From contig JBBPEB010000003.1 in the NCBI GenBank assembly GCA_039096225.1, positions 310,001 through 374,000 of the forward strand: a stretch of DNA of 64,000 nucleotides, read 5' to 3'. This document shows, one piece after another, positions 47,527-64,000 of the stretch. The position numbers were made by a program, and so were the translations under genes. Position 1 is the stretch's first letter. The number at the start of each line of letters is the position of its first letter. This stretch comes from Blastocystis sp. Blastoise (Eukaryota; Protista; Bigyra: Opalinata). The notes beneath the pieces are model-generated. The model worked only from the letters and a program-made list of their open reading frames with translations. It did no database searches and was not told where the DNA came from.

Positions 47527-48755
47527 TTATATAAATATACTACTGGTTGGGCTTAGACTACATTCATATTCTAATAATTTAAGTTTTTCATTTAAAGCAC
47601 TTTGTTCGATTTTGGGATGATTTTCTTTCCATCTCTGTATTAATTTCAATAAATCATTTTCCCAATGTAAGTATTTAGAGAATGCAATGCATCCTTCATC
47701 ACAATCTCCACAATAAAAAACATCACGAATATTCTTGTAATTTGACACGAAACTCTTAGAAAGAGAGTCAAAATCAAAATTAGATTTAAATGGTTCTACG
47801 GCTTCTTTGTTTATCAATAATCGGAGTGTATTTAAAGGAATTGAGTTGACTAACGTAGAAATGGGTTCCACTTCTAATGAAGTACCAATGATAATCACTA
47901 GATCGCAATTTTCCATATCTTGTTGCCATTTACCTAAGTAGTCTTGCTTAACCCCTTCACCGTAGAACACAATATCTGGTTTGACATATCCAATGCAGTT
48001 GTTTGTATTACAATGTTTTACACAACCTATATGTAAAATTATAGTATATATTCTTAGCAATGAATCATTTAATAAAAAAAAAGAAAAACGGCTACATGAA
48101 AAAATACTAAAAAAATAAAAACTCAAAAAAAAAACAGAATTTTCATATAAATAAATAAATACCTTTCTTAATATAAGAAGCATATTCCTCCTTTTTGAAT
48201 TCCTTCTTGCAAACAAGACAATGTGCTGTATCAAATGTACCATGAAGTTCAACTAGTTTACTATTGTCTTGAGTAGTAAATTTGGAAATTGAGTCAATAT
48301 TCTGTGTATAATGACGCACAAGAAGTCCTTTATATTCAAACAACTCAATAAAGAAATGAGTAATTGTTGGTGCCACTGGTTTTGGAAATACAGCCTAAAT
48401 ATGATATAAGAAAAAATAATGTATATTTTTATTCAATAGATTCAATTAAATATATATATATATATACCTTAGCGAAATCCATAAAGTCACTTGGTTTCTG
48501 TTTGAAGTGATTAAAAGAGAAAATATCCTCAGGTTGATCTAACTTATATTTATCTAGATTTTTATATATTCCAGATGTCATAGATCTGAAGTCTGGAATT
48601 CCTGCTGCAACACTAACACCAGCTCCTGTGACTACGACAATTCTTTTGATTTTATTAATAAGGATTTGAGTTGCTAAGTACTCTAGGGTTAATACATCAT
48701 GATGTACAACATCGATATCGAAGTTATCTATGAATGAACTTTCAACTTGACCCAT
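47527..48755 (-). CDS. Class I sirtuin (SIR2/HST2/SIRT2-like NAD-dependent deacylase), 3 exons
   Basis: GAGVSVAAGIPDFRS, PEDIF, YTQNID, ELHGT, Zn-binding CLVC...CNTNNC, VKPDIVFYGE, GTSLEVEP, GDCDEG. Likely start MGQVES at 48755. Confidence 0.9.
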
Positions 48756-49029
48756 TTTGAAGAAATAAAGTGAGACACATACGAAAACCATGGGTAGAAC
48801 TGCACACATAGACGAATAGCCCAATAAATAATGATTTACATTGATAATCAAGAATATTTCAAACGTTAATGAGGAATTATCCACTTTTCCCATTTTATCC
48901 GCATTCCGAAGCGAGTAAATGATATGTCTGAAGATGATTGGATGATTTGAGATTCTTTTTAATAATTGGATTAAAAAATATGAATTCATGACGTAACAGA
49001 AAACGAATGGTAGTTTTTCGAATAACGAA

Positions 49030-49094
49030 CAGGGTGTGCCAAAACTGCGCTTTAAGCGCAAAGTGCGCTTTTCGATGTTGTTTTTGCGCTTAAA
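49030..49094. mobile_element. Candidate hAT transposon terminus (TIR-like) with subterminal inverted repeats
   Basis: CAGGGTGTGCCAAAACTGCG resembles hAT termini of the CAGGGGTGTCCAAACT type. It is followed by four TGCGCTT/AAGCGCA motifs, including a perfect 12-bp inverted repeat (49051-49062 / 49083-49094). No partner TIR seen in the window. Confidence 0.45.
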
Positions 49095-50295
49095 TCTTTT
49101 ATTTCATTTTTCTTTTAATTTTTATAAATCTACATAGAATAAAACGTTTAATAATTTTTAGAGGATCGAGATAAGCTCAATAATGATGTTTTTGACATTT
49201 TACACGAGGTTTGTGTTTGTTGATGTAATTTGATTTGTTGTTGAATAAATAATAACCTTACACATATTATAATTAGAGAGCAAATTGAATTTTTTAGCAT
49301 TTTTAGAATGTTAATCATGTAGTTATAATGATTGATTGTCTTTAAGTATTTAACAATTAGGAAAAAAGCGTGATTATGTGTAGATCTTAATAATATAGTA
49401 GTAGTAGAATCATAATAGCAATACATGCTTCAAATTTTTACAAAACTTTGAATTCTTTTAAATTGGCTAAATACTGATTATTAGTGGTCAAAAAATTTTC
49501 AAACTCAGCTCATCAAGACGCATTAATTTACACACTTTTCATGAAAAAAAGACCGGGTGACATAAAAAAGTAATTCATTCATTGACTATTATACTATGAC
49601 ATGACAGTTTTTAACTTAAAACATATTATTTTGATATATAATGTATAAATGTTTTGAAATAAGTCATCTAAGAAGATTTTTGTGACACATGTTGTGACAG
49701 ATACATGACTTAAAAGTTCATAAGTCATCAAATAACAACAAGTATGATTCCTATATTTGACTATTTGTGTTAATTTGGGTGACAAATAAAAATTATTTTG
49801 TGACAAAAGTCAATTGCTTAAGATATTCTTTTGTATATTATTTTAAAGACTTTTATTTATGTTTATAATGAAAAATAATGTCAATAAATACTAAAAAATA
49901 TTATAAAAAATAATAATGTAATTAAAAAGTTTTTATTTTTATAAAATATCATGAAGTAGTCTTGTAGGGACTGTACAGATACATCCTGACAAGTAATAAA
50001 AATTAAATAAACGAAAAGCATATTAAAATATTATTTTTCAAAAATCAAACAAAAAACAATACAATGAACAAAAGCTGGATTTGAAAAAACAATACGTCCA
50101 ACAAAATGATTTTTAATAGCCTTATAAAATGGTTTTAAAATGTATTTTATATGTAGAATAAGTCACACAACACATTTATAATATTTATATTATAAAATAT
50201 ATTGTTTTTATGTTTAAAAATAAAAAAATAAAAAAACGGTTAGTAGTCACTAGCTTTGCAATTATTATATGACTTGATGAAAAATATTATAAGGG

Positions 50296-50367
50296 AGTTG
50301 TTTGGTCAAATGGTCAGTGCGTATAAAATTTTTACATAGTGGACGGATCGAATCTTACGAGGAACTA
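50296..50367 (+). pseudogene. Degenerate tRNA-like sequence (Pol III A/B boxes, T-run terminator)
   Basis: A-box-like TGGTCAAATGG, B-box-like GGATCGAATCT, partial acceptor pairing AGTT...AACT, followed by a T run. Anticodon and T stems are broken. Confidence 0.5.
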
Positions 50368-50659
50368 TTTTTTTAAACTTTTTCTTTTGACTGCTATTTA
50401 CAATGATTTTATTTAAAATCAACTTTGTTTCATTTTTATTATCTGTAAACATTATTTACATCATTGATATCTGCTTTTTAGTTTAGAATCAACATATCAA
50501 CAAACTTTTTTTTTCAAAAAATAGTAATTATTGTTTAAAAACAATTCTAAGTATTTCTAGAATGTTATAAATGTAATAAAAGAGCATAAATATAATATTT
50601 GAAGATATCAAATAATTTTAAACTTATTATATAGAACACATGAAAAAATAAAATTGAGA

Positions 50660-50732
50660 AATCGGTTGGTATAGTTGACCAGCGCTGTAGCTATTATGGT
50701 AATTGTCGCTGGATCGAATCTCGCAAGAGGCA
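50660..50732 (+). pseudogene. Second degenerate tRNA-like sequence
   Basis: TGGTATAGTTG...GTCGCTGGATCGAATCTCGC followed by TTTTT. Same layout as the copy at 50296. Confidence 0.5.
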
Positions 50733-50865
50733 TTTTTATTTTTATTTCTTGGAAAAACATCTTTTTATGAAACTTGTTCTTTTATATATTTATTTTGATT
50801 ATCTCTTGATACGATCATTTATTTTGGTTTAATTTAATTAACTTAGTTTATCAAGAGTATTCGCC

Positions 50866-57803
<6,938 letters not shown>

Positions 57804-58399
57804 GTATTAGCGTTAGTATGCTGATATATATATATATATATGTATATATTTTTTATTGTTATTTTATTATTCTTTCATATATATATATACATATTAAATG
57901 AAACTGGGTTGAATATAGGTATCAAGAAGTACCTAAATGTGATTAAAAAGTTGAATAGTTTCTTTTCTTCTGTCTTTTGTATATTAATGCTTAAAGTAAT
58001 TATTTCATTGCTTCGTTTAGTTTGAATATGTTTGATGGCTTATATCAAATAAATGATAGCTTTATTTGCTCATTTATAAAGACATTTTTTTTATATTTAG
58101 GTTAACTTTGTCAAAAATATTATGATTTATGGCCATGTATACAAATAAGGTGAAAAGCCTTTCATTCAGTCTGATGACAAAACTCATGAGTATCATATTT
58201 TGTTACAAAAAACTTCCTTATGTGTTTGATAAATTCAGCAGAATTAAGCATGGCTGAAAAAGTGTCACAAAATTTGGTGGCAAGTGTCACCAAAGTCAGG
58301 AAAGGACTGACTATTTGATTATTTTTAAAACTTCAGTCATTCTTTAAAAATTTCAATGATAATTTCATTCTTTTGTTAAAGATTCAAATCAGAATAAGA

Positions 58400-61300
58400 T
58401 TATTGCCTATAATATTTTTTCAAACTTGCTTTCTATCTGCTTTCTGAACTAATAATGGTTTATCATTAAGATTCATATTGGTTTTTGTTGCATTGTGAAC
58501 TCCTCTTAAATACTAGTCAATATCTACTACATGATGATTTCCCATTGTTTGTTGATTGCTTTGTTACGTACTTGCTCGTTATGATCAGTGTTCAATACAC
58601 ATATCTTACAATGTGCTACGTGATGGATACTTATCAGTTACTTATTCTTGGAATGATTACTTGCAATGTATAATTTTATGAATATTTACAGTTTGTTGCC
58701 TTCCATTTATTATTTACATCTGATTTGGTTACTCACCAAACTTCCTTACTTCTCTTCTTGAATTAGTATACTCATTTTTCTTTTTGTAACTTTGCGATTA
58801 ATGAGATCTTTATTTATGTTGTTTGTATGTTTGATTTTATTCGACTAATGTGCTTTTGATTGCTTGTTCTACTTTATAAGTGCTAATTATTTTGTTTTTG
58901 TTTTTTATTTTTCTGATACTTCCTTTTTTCATACTGTATTATAATGGTATTTATATATAACGATGACATTTTCTTATAGATTTACTTATTATGAATTTTC
59001 TTATTCTTATTCTAGTATTTAATAAATACTTAAACACTTCATCTCTGCGATTAATACTTACTATGGTTACTAACATACATAAGTTTCTACTGAAGATAGT
59101 AGCAGATTAGTAACAATTGATGTTTATTTCTTTTCATCCTTAAATCCTTTTGTCTATATTACAATATTATCATGTACTCTTATTCTATCAAGTTTACTAT
59201 TATAAGTTTTTGAATGTTTTAGTATCTTATTGTGTAATTCTTTAATATGCTATTATACAGGAAAGTATCTATATGATATTTCTTTGTTGTAGTTTTCTGT
59301 ATAAAATTTTTGAATTTCTTTTTATTCTTTGTATATATTTTCATCTTGGTTAATTATTCTTCAACTTCTCTTCATGTTATCGTTAGTCTACTATTATATA
59401 TTGAATTTTTAGTTATAAACCTTATCTTATTTCCTTATCTTATTTCATCTTTTGTTCTTTTAAGGTATTATAGCATTACATTAATTGTATTAGTTTTCTG
59501 GTTTTTCAGTCTCTTCCTATCTTCTTCGTATGGTATCTTTATATTTATTAGACTCTTCATTTCTTCTGGTGCTTTTCAATTATTATGTGATCATTCGTAA
59601 TACTTCACCTGCATGTTCTTTTCCCTTTATTAAAGAGTTTCTAGATGTGCTATTTTTATATTACTTTTATATTATCCTTAGTTGATATTCCTTTTTCTCC
59701 TATGATAGAATTCTTTATGTTCTTATGTTATTCTAATAGTCGTTTCATATTTCTCTATTAAACATACTATGAGATTTAATGACGATTTTCTTTTCCTTTA
59801 ATAATTACAAATTCCTCACTATTATATATTATTATATATCTTAGTTTTATTATTCTAACAGATTTATTTTTATATTTGTTTCTATAATTGAAAACATACT
59901 CAATTAATTTATTTTCATATTTCATTCAAATATACTCTTCATATACATATTCATATCCTTCATTTATGGTTTTCTTCGTTTTCTCATGTTCTATATATTA
60001 TCCCATGGTCTACTTATTTTTGTGCCTATTTTTAATCCTATACTTCCTCATTATCTCTATTTCTTTATCCACTTTTCTTTTATTTCTAGTGCTTCTATTG
60101 TGTATATTGTGTGCTCATTATTAGACTTATTCATTTTAATACTGCTTCATCATTATCTCTCTTCATATTCTTTAATGCTCATGTTTATTGTATTTCCTAT
60201 TTACACAGTTATTATTTCAGAAGCATTTTCCATTTCTTGTCTAAATAATATGGGTTTGAATATTTTTATTAGTCCTATTTCTTACTATCGTTTTTTATAA
60301 TTCTTCTCGTTCGTTTCCTTTCTTTTTCTTTCCAACAATTTCTCTCTTGGCACTACTCATCATGGATTTTAGTAATCAAAGTTAGGATTTGTTCTCATTG
60401 TTGTATTACTATTATCTATATACCACAAAAGATATTTTTATTATTTCTCTTCATTCTAAGGTTTTGCTCTTTTTGTTACTTAAACATATTTATATGGCTA
60501 CTCTTATTTATTATTATTGTGTACATTCTCTTCTTCTTATTTAATTTTTTATAAAAGCCTAGTATCTACACCTTCTATTCCTTCTATTCTTTCTCATTTC
60601 TAATTACTCTCATTTTCCAAAAATGATATAATTATATAATAGGATCTATGTCTCCATATTTCTTTCGTACTGTTATTTAATAAAATACTATCTCTATTTA
60701 CTTTAAACCATTTCAACTCCCTTTAACTTATTATCTATATACATCTTACATTCATGCTGATATGAATACTATAATACTATTTGTATTTCTTCTATTTTGT
60801 TGAATACGGTTGAGGTAGTTCTCGAATTGTTTATTTTCTAAATTTATTTTCATTTCTATTACTTTAGATATTATATCTTCTTAAGTGCATATGTACATAA
60901 TTAATATGCTTATATATATTTACACCTGCTTTTTCCGTTATCAGCCGTTACTTCATATTATTTATACAATGTCTAACTATTATATACAATTTACTCCGTT
61001 TGTTCTTTTACTCATGATGATATAATATAGAAATCAACTTCTTATTACTTCTTATGGTTTATTTATTGTATTTCTATTTATAGATTTATATATATTTTTA
61101 TACGAATATTGTTCTCTCTTCATGTTATTGTCTTTAAAAATATACTAAAAATAATTATTATCGTCTCTTCTACTCATTTATCACTGCCGATTATAAATTC
61201 AGTTGATATATGCATTCTTCCTTCTTCTTAACTTCAAATTTTATTTACAAGTTTTTAGTTATCTTCTTTATGATCTACATATATAAATATATTCTCATTA

Positions 61301-62200
61301 AGTCTATGTCAATCTTTCCAATAATTTTTCTTCTGATAATCTTTCAAATGCTAACCTTTATATAATATCATGAATCTTAATCTAATACTTATTTCATGCT
61401 ATTATAATATAAAATCCACATTACTTTCTATTATATCATATATTCTAATACTCTTTCGGATATATATAATCCCTCATATGATACTTAATATAGATATAAC
61501 ACATCTTGCTCTTTCCTTTTGAATTCATGTATAAATATAAAATTGTTGGTGTAAACGATTTAAGATTCCACTTTATATATATGTTTTGGAAAATAGTATA
61601 TTCTTTAGGAACCAATTGTTATCACTCTCTTTGTGATATTTGATTGATAAGTCAGGTAAATGATTTTAGTAGTTATTTGGTTCTTTCTATTGATACATTA
61701 TGATTGAAAATATATTTTGCTATTTATTTATATATTTAATCTTCTTGATTAGATATACTATTTGATTTAAGAAGAGTATACTTTATAGTTGTATATTATA
61801 CTTTTGATTGAATAAAGATTCTTATTAGTATTGGATATTGTTTTAAAGTATTATACTAGAGAGATTAGTATATATGAAATAATTACTTCTAAAATAATAT
61901 TTATTTTTCATATAAGTAATAATATTTCTCAGTTATTCGTTTGATCTGAATATAATAGTACTTGAAAAAGAATATAATTAGAAAAATAATTGAAATATAG
62001 ATAAAAATTATTAAGGAATAGTGATTCTAATTAAGAAACTATATACTATTGATATAATCAAATATATAAAGGAATATTCAATGTCATCTATTTATAATTA
62101 TATTTAAAAGATAACAGTATATCTTCTTGAGTTAATTAAAACAATACAAATTATAATGTAACAATAAAACATTATGGAATACAAATAGTTAATATAATGA
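58400..62200 (-). other. Decayed, strand-biased sequence, probably a relic of a mobile element or old coding region
   Basis: Purine-rich on the minus strand with frequent stops in the frames I read. Lacks the (TA)n introns typical of host genes. No motif confidently recognised. Confidence 0.3.
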
Positions 62201-62311
62201 AAACAATATAAATATATAAATATTAATAGTAAAAGAAATCAATGTACTTTGTAGTATAAATACAGTAATTAAGTAGTTGGATTAGATTAGTGATTTTGTT
62301 GCTAGATGTTA

Positions 62312-64000
62312 TCAATCGAGTTTCTTTTTCTTTAATTTATCTATATATAATTAAGAATAGATTCTATATTATGTGAATTATGAATATAATACTTATAATA
62401 TACATACGCTCTAAAACAGTAGTTATAAGTGATGAAGAATCAATGATATCAGAAGTTAATCCAATTGTCATTTGGGTTGTTGGATTAATAGTGTTTCTGT
62501 ATTTGTTTTTTATATACACGAGATGACTGAAACCGCTCTCACAGAGATATGAAGTTGCAAAGGGAAGAAAACATTTCTTGGCTATATCATATAATAATGG
62601 AAAACGACTCTTATGGCTTATATAGAACTCATCTATTGGTACGTTATTAAATTCTTCTCTACATGTTTTATCAGCAAGTAAACAGAAATACTCTTCTTTA
62701 ACATGAAACTCCATTTTATTTTCGTCAGCTACTTTTGAAAATGGATTAGTAATCCAATATAAAGAATGATCAATAAGATTAGTTGTTGGTGTATTTTTTG
62801 GTTTTTTTATGTTACTATTCGTTTTCTTCTGCTTTTTATTCTTTTGTACTTCTCCTTGATTTGTATTATTACTTATTTCATTTGGAATGATTGCCCCAAG
62901 AGTTATTATACAATTGATATTAGCCTGAATTATATTTATATTACTAATGATTCCATTGTATTGTCCTTGAATACTACTATTAGGGAAATTATTAAGAACA
63001 CCAGAAATACTACCTAAAGTGTATCCATATACTAAATATGGAAAGTCAATTCTAATCGTTACTTGAGTTTCTATTAATTGCTGAGTAACTATGTCAACAT
63101 AGGTTATTAAGCCATTTACAACTCCATTTGGAGATACGCAACCTTGTAATGATCCAAGAATATTAAATTGGTTTGATACTACTGATGTATTGTTATTAAC
63201 ATTACTATTCACTTCATGAGATATATTTGATGTATTATGTGTATTTTCTTGGTCTATTAAATATTCATTAAGGTCTTGAAGATACGATTCATCACTACCA
63301 ATATAATTTAGTATTTCTGGGAAATAATTCAGTAAATTACGTCGAAGAGTTATTAGATGATTTTTGATATAAAATATGATTGAATTAATATCAAGCTTGG
63401 TTGTAGATACATAATCCTTAAGTTTCGTAAATGATGAATAATCGTTATTATTTATTAGTCTTTCTAATCTCAACGATAATTTTATAAATAAATCCTTCAT
63501 AATGTCTATTAACCCAAATATATATCTATGCTGTCCTTGCATTGATTTATTACAATCATAGAATAAACTGGTAACATCCTCAAGGTATAACATTGAAGCT
63601 ATGAAGTTAGTATCAATAATGGTGTTATATAAGTCCTTCTTTTCTTTATCCTTTTTTATTACTAGTGTTATTCCATTTCTAAGTAAATTAAATCTTTTAA
63701 TTGATGAATGGCATGAAAGCCATCTTGTAGGGCAATAAAGGAGAAGTTTATAACTTCTAATATTTTTTTCCTTTTTTTCTTCCTTCTTATCATTACTATA
63801 AACTTCATGAATATTATTATCTATATTATTATCTGTATCAGATGTATCTAAAAGGGATTCAACTACTTTATTATATTCTATCTCTAAAGAAGATATATTA
63901 TTAGGGGAATCAGGTATGTTATCTTGAGGAGAGAAGATAGAAGAGGTTAATGAATATTCATTATCAATATTGTAATTATTGGATTCGTCTTGTCTAACAG
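62312..64000 (-). mobile_element. hAT superfamily transposase (Buster/ZBED5/SCAND3-like), 5'-truncated by the window edge
   Basis: Frame open from 64000. Motifs LLLYCPTRWLS..S.KRF, LYLEDV....N.SMQG, YFP...WITNPF, FPLL...A.K.FLPFATSYLCESGFS.LVYIKNKYRN. A 67-nt intron at 62341-62407 gives the terminal HKLKKKKLD* (TGA at 62312-62314). Confidence 0.88.

Noticed and set aside
48756-49061. About 100-codon in-frame upstream extension of the sirtuin ORF
   Set aside because: It starts at a non-ATG codon inside the repeat cluster and has no recognisable similarity. The ATG at 48755 has a better context.

Overview
Very AT-rich, intron-rich eukaryotic nuclear DNA. The short 27-45 nt 5' introns, the inverted OMPDC-OPRT fusion, DEX1, Rab32 and mitochondrial SDHAF3/helicase genes fit a Blastocystis-like stramenopile; this is an inference only. 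Positions 1-49 kb are gene-dense: PIG-C 3' end, truncated DNAAF5-like HEAT protein, SDHAF3, inverted UMP synthase, mitochondrial DEAD-box helicase, intronless HSP90, an SRR1 + BPL_N fusion gene, DHRS7-like SDR, PHO4/PiT transporter, DEX1-like protein, TFB5, WASH-WAHD-like protein, Rab32-like GTPase, a 16 kb VPS13-like gene and a sirtuin. From about 49,030 to the window end lies an accessory block: a hAT-like terminus with subterminal repeats, two tRNA-like relics, a broken intron-containing UTP20 fragment, about 4 kb of decayed sequence and an open Buster-like hAT transposase with large in-frame insertions. Most unusual signals: (1) introns that are pure G(TA)nG microsatellites; (2) a GC-rich palindromic motif (CCGCGG/CCRYGG in an ATTC..GAAT or TAAC..GTTA context) scattered through exons in different reading frames; (3) the SRR1-BPL_N fusion; (4) a possible >15 kb cargo-carrying hAT element. 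Gene models were spliced by eye, and not all internal exon boundaries of the large genes were resolved.
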